This document shows positions 53,271-59,578 of a DNA stretch of 64,000 nt, piece by piece. Source of the DNA: a virus. The notes beneath the pieces were generated by a model that did not search any database, was not told the origin of the DNA, and saw nothing but the letters and a program-made list of their open reading frames with translations. The stretch is taken from the IMG/VR virus record IMGVR_UViG_3300048910_000141, one strand, 5' to 3'. Each line of letters starts with the position of its first letter. The stretch's first letter is position 1. A program made the position numbers and the translations under genes.

Positions 53271-53346
53271 GCCGCTATAGCTCAACAGGATAGAGCGCGG
53301 GATTACGAATCCCAAGGTCGAGGTTCGAGTCCTCGTAGCGGCTCCA
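53271..53346 (+). tRNA. tRNA-Arg (ACG)
   Basis: Acceptor GCCGCTA/TAGCGGC, loop TTACGAA, CCA. Confidence 0.8.
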
Positions 53347-53354
53347 GCCTCTTC

Positions 53355-53429
53355 GCCGAGGTAGCTCAGTGGTAGAGCGCCGGCTTGAAATCCCGGAAGT
53401 CGCAGGTTCAACTCCTGCTCTCGGCACCA
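53355..53429 (+). tRNA. tRNA-Phe (GAA)
   Basis: Loop TTGAAAT, C31:C39 mismatch, A73, CCA. Confidence 0.75.
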
Positions 53430-53469
53430 TCTCCAAATAGGGAAAATAACACTGCGTCAAAAATAGTTG

Positions 53470-53498
53470 TTGACACTACCACTCGACCTGTGTATAAG
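53470..53498 (+). promoter_or_regulatory. promoter of tRNA cluster 3
   Basis: TTGACA-N17-TATAAG, same CCTGTG-TATAAG-CC context as 52292. Confidence 0.6.
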
Positions 53499-53621
53499 CC
53501 GCTCCATGTTCACACAGACCCTCTTGAGCCTAACCGGCACGACGCTTTGGCATTATTGCCAACAGCATCTGAGTTCATCCCTCTAAGGGGAGTGGTCTGA
53601 CGCCCGCTCCCCTCTCCATAC

Positions 53622-53709
53622 GGAGGGTTGGCAGAGTGGGTTATTGCGGCGGTCTCGAAAACCGCTGAACCGAAAGGTTCCGTGGGTTCAAATCCCACAC
53701 CCTCCTCCA
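53622..53709 (+). tRNA. tRNA-Ser (CGA), long variable arm
   Basis: Acceptor GGAGGGT/ACCCTCC, loop CTCGAAA, variable hairpin GAACCGAAAGGTTC, CCA. Confidence 0.75.
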
Positions 53710-53718
53710 GATTTTCAG

Positions 53719-53758
53719 AGCGTCAGCAGCCTACGGGCCGCTGGCGCTTTTTCGTTTT
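53719..53758 (+). terminator. rho-independent terminator after tRNA-Ser(CGA)
   Basis: 13-bp stem AGCGTCAGCAGCC/GGCCGCTGGCGCT + TTTTTCGTTTT. Confidence 0.65.
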
Positions 53759-53848
53759 GGGTCGTCTTCCCCTCGCCGGACTGTAACCCCGGTGCCATCG
53801 AACCGAGGGGCTGTGTGGCGGGAGGTTCGAGTCCTCGACGACCCACCA
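53759..53848 (+). tRNA. atypical tRNA-like gene with Tyr (GTA) anticodon hairpin and no canonical D arm
   Basis: Perfect acceptor GGGTCGT/ACGACCC, T loop TTCGAGT, A73-CCA, hairpin CCGGA-CTGTAAC-CCCGG; only 10 nt between acceptor and anticodon arm. Confidence 0.45.
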
Positions 53849-53891
53849 TTCTATTCCAGCAGGAGTACGATCAAGAGTTCACGAGTTGCAC

Positions 53892-53979
53892 GCACTGGTG
53901 GCGGAACTGGATATACGCAGCAAGCTCAGACCTTGCCGCCCTTTGAGGATTGTGGGTTCGAGTCCCACCCGGTGTACCA
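53892..53979 (+). tRNA. tRNA-Leu (CAG)
   Basis: Type II, acceptor GCACTGG/CCGGTGT, loop CTCAGAC, CCA. Confidence 0.75.
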
Positions 53980-53990
53980 GCAACTCGAAC

Positions 53991-54075
53991 GCGGATGTGG
54001 TGAAATAGGTAAACGCAGCGGGTCGAGAGCCCGCCGGCTTCGGCCTTGTGGGTTCAAGTCCCACCTTCCGCACCA
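53991..54075 (+). tRNA. tRNA-Leu (GAG) with C33
   Basis: Type II, loop TCGAGAG, variable hairpin GGCTTCGGCC, CCA. Confidence 0.65.
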
Positions 54076-54089
54076 GTTACCTCGTGATT

Positions 54090-54163
54090 GCCGGCGTAGC
54101 TCAATGGTAGAGCTACGGCGTCGTAACCCGTAGACCTGAGTTCGATTCTCAGCGCCGGCTCCA
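54090..54163 (+). tRNA. tRNA-Thr (CGT)
   Basis: Acceptor GCCGGCG/CGCCGGC, loop GTCGTAA, C31:C39 mismatch, CCA. Confidence 0.75.
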
Positions 54164-54178
54164 CGAGTTGATCAGTGT

Positions 54179-54276
54179 CCATGGGCGTGGTGTGGCCTAA
54201 CGCAATACAGTGCGCGGCCGGATTGTGACTCCGGTGCTAGAGGGTGCAGGTCCCTCAGGTCACCCCACGCCCATGG
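54179..54276 (+). other. 98-nt structured element with a His-type (GTG) anticodon hairpin, closed by a 12-bp stem; not a canonical tRNA
   Basis: CCATGGGCGTGG ... CCACGCCCATGG; internal CCGGA-TTGTGAC-TCCGG and GAGGG-TGCAGGT-CCCTC hairpins; no GG D loop or TTCGA T loop. Confidence 0.35.
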
Positions 54277-54281
54277 ATAGT

Positions 54282-54355
54282 TGCCCCTTCGGCTAATGGT
54301 AAGCCTTCTGACTCTGAATCAGACAATCGAGGTTCGATTCCTCGCGGGGCATCCA
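54282..54355 (+). tRNA. tRNA-Gln (CTG)
   Basis: U1:A72 start, loop CTCTGAA, CCA. Confidence 0.75.
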
Positions 54356-54410
54356 GATTAGGGAGACGACGATATGGACGATACTCTCGATCGACAACCG
54401 AACGGCTTAA

Positions 54411-54484
54411 TGCCCGTTCGGCTAATGGTAAGTCGCTGCACTTTGAATGCGGAGACCTTGGTTCGATCCCAAGACGGGCATCCA
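54411..54484 (+). tRNA. tRNA-Gln (TTG)
   Basis: Acceptor TGCCCGT/ACGGGCA, loop CTTTGAA, CCA. Confidence 0.8.
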
Positions 54485-54486
54485 GA

Positions 54487-54813
54487 TCAGAGCGTCGTGT
54501 ATCCGTTATCGATGCACATGCTCATGATGCCGTAACGCAGTGTGGTGTTGTCCGCCGGGCTGGTGACATAGGCCTGATCGGCCCGAACGATGTGGCCAGC
54601 GGCGTTGCGGTAAATCGCTACCTTGAAGGTGCGGCCGTTCGCCCGTCCGCACACGACAACGGCGTCGGACTTGACCGGATCGGTTGCGATCTGCGGACGG
54701 TTGGGCAGGAAGCTGGCGATGGCGTTAGAGATCACAACCTTCTCGGTAGGCAGCAAGGGGCGCGCCTCGGCCGAGGGTGTAGCGACAAGAGCCGCGATGA
54801 GGATTAAGGACAT
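54487..54813 (-). CDS. small secreted protein embedded between tRNA genes
   Basis: Signal peptide MSLILIAALVATPSAEA; only minus-strand gene in the tRNA region. Confidence 0.5.
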   Translation of the reverse strand: MSLILIAALVATPSAEARPLLPTEKVVISNAIASFLPNRPQIATDPVKSDAVVVCGRANGRTFKVAIYRNAAGHIVRADQAYVTSPADNTTLRYGIMSMCIDNGYTTL

Positions 54814-54892
54814 GGGGGTTCTCCTATCTGGTGGAATTTCTGCCGGACCATAGGATGGACCGATAAAGGAGACAACAAGATTCAGGGTTAAC

Positions 54893-54979
54893 GGAAGGTT
54901 GGCCGAGCGGTAAGGCACCCGCTTGCTAGGCGGGCGAGACCTCAGGGTTGCGTGGGTTCGATCCCCACACCTTCCTCCA
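54893..54979 (+). tRNA. tRNA-Ser (GCT)
   Basis: Type II, acceptor GGAAGGT/ACCTTCC, loop TTGCTAG, CCA. Confidence 0.75.
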
Positions 54980-54986
54980 CCCTGTT

Positions 54987-55035
54987 TGCGTCATATATGG
55001 CGCACTAACCGGCTTTATGCGTCATATATGGCGCA
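54987..55035. promoter_or_regulatory. two copies of an 18-bp imperfect palindrome upstream of tRNA-Cys
   Basis: TGCGTCATATATGGCGCA at 54987-55004 and 55018-55035. Confidence 0.4.
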
Positions 55036-55038
55036 AAC

Positions 55039-55112
55039 GGCGCGATGGCCGAGTGGTAAGGCTCCGGATTGCAACCCCGGCATCGCCGGTTCAATTCCGG
55101 CTCGCGTCTCCA
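55039..55112 (+). tRNA. tRNA-Cys (GCA)
   Basis: Loop TTGCAAC, U73, A31:C39 mismatch, CCA. Confidence 0.75.
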
Positions 55113-55119
55113 GTTTCAT

Positions 55120-55194
55120 ATCGGTGTAGCTCAGTGGTAGAGCGGCGGCTTCCAATCCCGCGCGTCCGAGGTTCGATTCCTTGCACCGGTGCCA
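55120..55194 (+). tRNA. tRNA-Trp (CCA)
   Basis: Acceptor ATCGGTG/CACCGGT, loop TTCCAAT, G73, C31:C39 mismatch, CCA. Confidence 0.75.
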
Positions 55195-55701
55195 TTACGC
55201 TCCCAGCGGCTTGCGGAGGATGCCCCATTGGGAAATCCCCGCCTTGCGCAGCAGGGAGACGGGCTCGAAAGCAGTGATGCTGTTGAAATACACGAGATGG
55301 TCATGGGGACTGGTTCGACGCTGATTTAGTCCGAGCGTTTCCAGTATCCGCATCACCCAATCCATATGAGGAACCGGCGAGGTCAGTAGCAACACGCCGC
55401 CGGGTTTTAGCAGGGCCTTCGCCTCCTCCGTGAAATCAACATGCTCGATCACCTCGAAGGCCACGATCGCGTCAAACGACGCAGGCTCCAAACCGAGCTT
55501 TCGCCAATCGCGGATATCTCCGACGACATCGGCTGGCTCGACGATGTCATTCCCCACATAGTTGATCCATCCGTGGCTGCGAAGATACTCACCCACCCAC
55601 CGCGACCCACACCCGATCTCTAGGATGCGGGCGTCTTTTGGCAGCGGGTTCAAAAAATACTCGATCTTCTTGCGCTGTGCATATTCACTCAGGGCCGGCA
55701 T
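55195..55701 (-). CDS. class I SAM-dependent methyltransferase
   Basis: Motif I ILEIGCGS, acidic loop GNDIV, post-I AFEVIEH. Confidence 0.7.
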   Translation of the reverse strand: MPALSEYAQRKKIEYFLNPLPKDARILEIGCGSRWVGEYLRSHGWINYVGNDIVEPADVVGDIRDWRKLGLEPASFDAIVAFEVIEHVDFTEEAKALLKPGGVLLLTSPVPHMDWVMRILETLGLNQRRTSPHDHLVYFNSITAFEPVSLLRKAGISQWGILRKPLGA

Positions 55702-55950
55702 GACACCCCTCCTCGTCGCTCTAGATCGACCCTAAAGGCCTGATGGTTAACACTTTCCTACCGGAAAGAAACCAACTTATCAAACCACTTAAAGAGCGAA
55801 ACGATCAGTCGGGGTCCGTACGGTCCACGATGCGAAAAAAGATGGGCCACGTATGGTCCATCTTTATGCACGCTTCATGTTGATTTGGTATCCTCTTGGG
55901 TCCGCGTCCCTCTCTGGATGCGTCATCCCCATCATCCACGAGGAAGTACC

Positions 55951-56379
55951 ATGTCGAAGAGCAATACCTTCGAGAACGATCTGCTCAAGCTCATTTTTCA
56001 GGGGATCGCCATTCCGGGCATCGCTGACAACACTGCGACAGCGCCGTTGGGCAATCTGTACGTCGCGCTCCACACTGCCGATCCGGGCGAGGGTGGTGAC
56101 CAGACCACCAACGAAGTGAACTACACCGGTTATGCCCGTGTCGCTGTCACCCGTTCGGGCGCTGGCTGGACCGTTGCTGGCTCAGTCGTGAGCCCGACGA
56201 TTAATATCGACTTCCCCACAGGCACCGGAGGCGCCTCTACCGCAGCTTTCTTCTCGGTTGGTACCGCGCTGAACGGCGCCGGCAAGATTCTGTACTCGGG
56301 CACGATCACTCCGAGCATCGCCTGCGGCAACGGCGTCACCCCGCGTATCTCGACCGCCTCCACCATCACCGAGGATTAA
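55951..56379 (+). CDS. hypothetical protein (likely virion or fibre-associated)
   Basis: MSKSNTFENDLLKLIFQG...; immediately upstream of a fibre-like gene. Confidence 0.5.
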   Translation: MSKSNTFENDLLKLIFQGIAIPGIADNTATAPLGNLYVALHTADPGEGGDQTTNEVNYTGYARVAVTRSGAGWTVAGSVVSPTINIDFPTGTGGASTAAFFSVGTALNGAGKILYSGTITPSIACGNGVTPRISTASTITED

Positions 56380-56400
56380 TCCTCGGCCCGAGGGGGCTTC

Positions 56401-58011
56401 ATGTCGAACGTCTTCACCGACTCCTTCTCCGGTAGCGCCACGGTCGTCGATCTTTCGACGCACACAGGCGAGACCGGACATGGATGGCTAGTTCATCCGG
56501 GTTTTTCCGGTGGAGCGATGCGAGTCTCTCCGCCGGGCGAAGTCACGTGTCCGGCGTTCTCCGACACTGCCTACATCATCAATCAGGACTTGCCGGCCGG
56601 CGACCTCGATTTCAAGGTCAGCATTCTTTACAACCCTTCGGGCGCGTTCAGGGACGGCGGTATTATCTTTCGCGCGTCGACCACCGCCAAGACCTGTTAC
56701 CTGATTCACTCAAGCCTCAACACCACCTACCTCAGTCGTTACCTAAACGGTACGGAAACGGTATTGGCGGCCGGGGATTTCGCCCGCACCAGTAACACCT
56801 ACTACACGATGAGTGTGCGGGTGCGCGGAACCCGGATCACCATTCTCATGAATGGTACGCAGGTCGTTGATTTCGACGACACCAGCACTGCTGGTGCCAA
56901 CTTGCCGTCGCCGGGCCGGTTCGGTCTGTATGGTCCGGCCGGTAACAAGTTCGACGATCTCCAGATCGATACCGCCGCTGCTGCCGCTACCTCGGCAGAT
57001 GGTCTGGTGGCAGGAACTTCATCGGCAGTAGCGACCGGCGTCACCATCAAGAACGCGTCAATGCTGTCCACGAACGGCGCGAGCGCGGCAGGGACCGGGA
57101 CTGCTGTCATCACTGCTAACGGTGCCGCCGGTAGTAGCAGCACGGTCGGCGCAGTCGGCATCACGATCATCGAATCGATGTTCGCCATCCTCGGACAGGC
57201 GACTGGCGATGCGTTGACGCAAGTGGGCTACACCGGTTTTGGCAACGCGGCGGGTTCGGCGACCGCAGTAGCTGAAAGTGTTCTCTTCGAGACCGTTGTA
57301 GCGGTCGGTTCTGCATCTGGGACCACCGATACACGAGTCACCACGAAGAGTTTTTCGCTCGGTTCCATGAGCAGCCGGGGAGCGTCGGACGCCTTCGCAA
57401 TCAGTCGTGACGTACTGCCGGGCGAGACGTTTGGGCGTTCCCTCAACAACGCCGCAACGGTGTCCGGTGTCGGATCATCGGTGGTAACATCGATTGGCTT
57501 TTCGCGAGGCCTCGCTGAGGTTACCAGCATCCATGCCCAAGGGTTCTTGACCGGTGTCGGTCTTGCTCAGGGCTTCTCGTTTGCCACCACCGACCCTCCC
57601 GAGCCAGTTGTCCATGCTGCGGTGGGAGCGTCGGTAAGTAAAGCAACGCTGCATATCGTCGCTTTGACCAACTTGATGGCCGCGCTCGGTCGTGCGTCTG
57701 GGAACTCGTTTGCCGGCGCGCCGCGCCGCGTCATCATCGCAGGGGCCGCCTTGTCTGGTGGCGGTTCTTCGAGCGAGATCATCACGGCCAAGATCGCGCA
57801 AGCCGACGCGGCGTCGATCTCGATCTCCACGCTTACCGCGATCTCGGGATCGTTCATCCACAAGCCGCCTCCGGTTACCCAGACCATGGTGCTGGCGGCG
57901 GTACCTCGCTCGCTTTCACTGCCGGCCGCCGGTCCTCGGATCATCACGCTCGCGGCACGAGCTTCCCGCACCATCACTCTCGCATCCCAAGCACGGACCA
58001 TCACGCTATGA
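56401..58011 (+). CDS. putative tail fibre / receptor-binding protein with LamG/ConA-like N-terminal domain
   Basis: Beta-rich N-terminal 190 aa, then long Ala/Gly/Ser/Thr-rich region; C-terminal ITL repeats. Confidence 0.45.
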   Translation: MSNVFTDSFSGSATVVDLSTHTGETGHGWLVHPGFSGGAMRVSPPGEVTCPAFSDTAYIINQDLPAGDLDFKVSILYNPSGAFRDGGIIFRASTTAKTCYLIHSSLNTTYLSRYLNGTETVLAAGDFARTSNTYYTMSVRVRGTRITILMNGTQVVDFDDTSTAGANLPSPGRFGLYGPAGNKFDDLQIDTAAAAATSADGLVAGTSSAVATGVTIKNASMLSTNGASAAGTGTAVITANGAAGSSSTVGAVGITIIESMFAILGQATGDALTQVGYTGFGNAAGSATAVAESVLFETVVAVGSASGTTDTRVTTKSFSLGSMSSRGASDAFAISRDVLPGETFGRSLNNAATVSGVGSSVVTSIGFSRGLAEVTSIHAQGFLTGVGLAQGFSFATTDPPEPVVHAAVGASVSKATLHIVALTNLMAALGRASGNSFAGAPRRVIIAGAALSGGGSSSEIITAKIAQADAASISISTLTAISGSFIHKPPPVTQTMVLAAVPRSLSLPAAGPRIITLAARASRTITLASQARTITL

Positions 58012-58292
58012 GCTTCCCCAAGTTCCCGCATCCAAAAGACCCCGACGACGTGGCGGACTATGCCATCGATTGGACAGCACGACTCGACGCCGGTGATTCC
58101 CTTGCGGACTCTCTCTTCGAGGTGGTGTCGGGTACCATTTTGCTGGGCGCTCAATCGATCGACGGCAACAAGGCCACCGTCTGGGTCAACGGTGGCGAAG
58201 ACGGTGAAACGGCCACCATCCTCAACCGCGTGACGACCACCGGTGGGCGGCAATACGACCAGACGTTCGCGCTAAAAATTAAGACGCAGTGA
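58008..58292 (+). CDS. hypothetical protein (fibre-associated)
   Basis: ATGA coupling to 56401-58011. Confidence 0.5.
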   Translation: MSFPKFPHPKDPDDVADYAIDWTARLDAGDSLADSLFEVVSGTILLGAQSIDGNKATVWVNGGEDGETATILNRVTTTGGRQYDQTFALKIKTQ

Positions 58293-58301
58293 TATTCTTA
58301 G

Positions 58302-58330
58302 TTGACAGTGATGCGAATCACGTCTAGTAA
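58302..58330 (+). promoter_or_regulatory. promoter of the tmRNA / permuted-tRNA / intron-like RNA unit
   Basis: TTGACA-N17-TAGTAA. Confidence 0.55.
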
Positions 58331-58336
58331 GACTCA

Positions 58337-58680
58337 ACACCGAGGGCAATGCTTCCGCTGCGTTCTTGGTTAGCGCCGTTCAGGTGGGTCACTGGACCCT
58401 TAAAGGCATGACCATCCATCACATCTGTGATGGTCCGCCGCCTGAGTGGAGCGACAAGTGATTACCGATCACTGGCGATCGGGATAGATGGTAACGGGCG
58501 CCCGCTTTCTCCCCTTGGGCCGGCGCACGGTGTTTCTAGGGCTTCGAGCCGTCTATCTCGGTCGCCAGTGATGTTCACTTGCGATGCGGCAGGCCTTGCC
58601 GACCGTGGAGGTCGGTTGGTCAACACTAGGCCGGCGAGGCAGGGAGTAGTGTCCCGGCAACGAGCTTTGGTCTGCCCCAT
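58337..58680 (+). ncRNA. unassigned highly structured leader RNA
   Basis: About 25-bp long-range helix GATCACTGGCGATCGGGATAGATGG (58467-) with CCGTCTATCTCGGTCGCCAGTGATG (58549-); TCGCCAGTGAT recurs near 58678. Confidence 0.35.
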
Positions 58681-58762
58681 CGCCAGTGATGGCGAGATGA
58701 TCGTAATTCGGACGATCGAAGTTTTGGCTCGGACGCGGGGGCGGTTCCCGCCGGTTCCACCA
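58681..58762 (+). ncRNA. ssrA: tmRNA acceptor piece (3' tRNA-like part of a permuted two-piece tmRNA)
   Basis: Ends GGACGCGGG-GGCGGTT-CCCGC-CGGTTCC-A-CCA; CGGTTCC pairs 7/7 with GGGGCCG at 58853, including G3:U70; 5' boundary approximate. Confidence 0.7.
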
Positions 58763-58852
58763 CGAGCCCCGATATTACTGCCACTAGGGGCGACCTACCG
58801 CTCCGAAGAGGCGCGGAGTTATCGGCCGCGCTCTGTGTTCGGGGTTGATGAT

Positions 58853-59078
58853 GGGGCCGAAGTAGGATTCGACGGGCAAGGCGGAGGTTAGGACGCGATC
58901 TAGCATGACCGACTACGCTTCGGCGAGACAGGTCACCGTTTGTAAATGCGAACGACAACACTCCGGTGGTTGTCGCCCGCGACGAGGTTCGCCTCGCCGC
59001 GTAAGCGATAACTCTCAGCCTCCGGACTGAGAAAAGGGGCTCGGGGCCAGCCTTGCAACAGAATGGCCCCACGAGATT
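58853..59078 (+). ncRNA. ssrA: tmRNA coding piece; tag peptide ANDNTPVVVARDEVRLAA
   Basis: 5' GGGGCCGAAGTAGGATTCGACGGG (classic tmRNA 5' end); resume codon GCG at 58948, TAA at 59002-59004; downstream hairpins; 3' boundary approximate. Confidence 0.8.
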
Positions 59079-59155
59079 TGAGGTAGCTGGAGGTCGCCGG
59101 TTCGAGTCCGGTCATCCCCTGATCCGGGATGTAGCTCAGATGGTAGAGCGCCAGC
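59079..59155 (+). ncRNA. circularly permuted tRNA-like unit 1 (3' half, 4-nt linker, 5' half)
   Basis: 59086-59120 GCTGG-AGGTC-GCCGG-TTCGAGT-CCGGT-CATCCCC-T; 59125-59155 CGGGATG-TA-GCTC-AGATGGTA-GAGC-G-CCAGC; acceptor strands pair 6/7, anticodon stem 5/5. Confidence 0.45.
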
Positions 59156-59233
59156 GTAGGGGAGACACCGGTTCGACTCCGGTCCGGCTGTTGATCAGCA
59201 GCCGTTAGCTTAGAGGTAAAGCGCCTCGATTTT
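59156..59233 (+). ncRNA. circularly permuted tRNA-like unit 2 (Lys-UUU-like 5' half ending at nt 36)
   Basis: 59158-59191 AGGGG-AGAC-ACCGG-TTCGACT-CCGGT-CCGGCTG-T; linker TGATCAG; 59199-59233 CAGCCGT-TA-GCTT-AGAGGTA-AAGC-G-CCTCG-ATTTT; acceptor 6/7, anticodon stem 4/5. Confidence 0.45.
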
Positions 59234-59533
59234 GGGACGTGGTGAAACGATACATCCACATCTCCTTGAGCCGGCGAAAGCCTGACTGCCGGGAAAGTAC
59301 GGTGAAGAGCAGTGCGGATGGAGGGCACTTGATCTTCGGATCAAGTCCGGGCAACAGAAACCCTCCACTGGTTTCGGGCTTTCAGCCCAGACGAGATGGG
59401 GTGGCAAGACAGCGCCGGGTGCGTCCGGCGTGGCACGCACGCTAAGGCTGATGCTGATGTGTCTTGGGACCATCCCACCTATTTGCCGGGAGCAGGTTTG
59501 TGTCTCCCAATACAAAGTGATCCCGGCGGGTTA
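59234..59533 (+). ncRNA. group-I-intron-like structured RNA following the unit 2 5' half
   Basis: Possible P1 TTTT/GAAA with U-G at the junction; GAAA and TTCG tetraloop hairpins; GGCACGCACGCTAAGGCTGATGCTGATG resembles the remembered Azoarcus tRNA-Ile intron 3' end; no 3' exon downstream. Confidence 0.4.
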
Positions 59534-59572
59534 GGCCCGGTCGTTTTTCGGAACGACCGGGCCTTTCCTTTT
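59534..59572 (+). terminator. rho-independent terminator closing the RNA-only unit
   Basis: GGCCCGGTCGTT-TTTCGG-AACGACCGGGCC + TTTCCTTTT. Confidence 0.75.
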
Positions 59573-59578
59573 GCGAAA

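Noticed and set aside
58427-58891. 154-aa plus-strand ORF spanning the structured leader and the tmRNA pieces.
   Set aside because: It runs through the tmRNA acceptor end and 5' end and has an Arg/Gly/Ser-rich low-complexity translation. The region is better explained as RNA.
58853-59120. Reading the tmRNA as a standard one-piece molecule that uses the T arm and CATCCCC at 59096-59119 as its 3' end.
   Set aside because: CATCCCC pairs only 5/7 with GGGGCCG, lacks G3:U70 and has no CCA. The upstream CGGTTCC-A-CCA pairs 7/7 with G3:U70, and the downstream arm pairs better with the following 5' half.
59290-59330. AAGTCCGGGCAACAGAAACCC, which resembles the RNase P P4 strand and CR-V, suggesting that this RNA is an RNase P catalytic domain.
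   Set aside because: AAGT is part of an 8-bp TTCG hairpin. There is no complementary CCCGGCTT partner. AAGUCC...CAACAGA-type strings also occur in group I introns, and the context (junction after tRNA nt 36 with U-G) fits an intron better.
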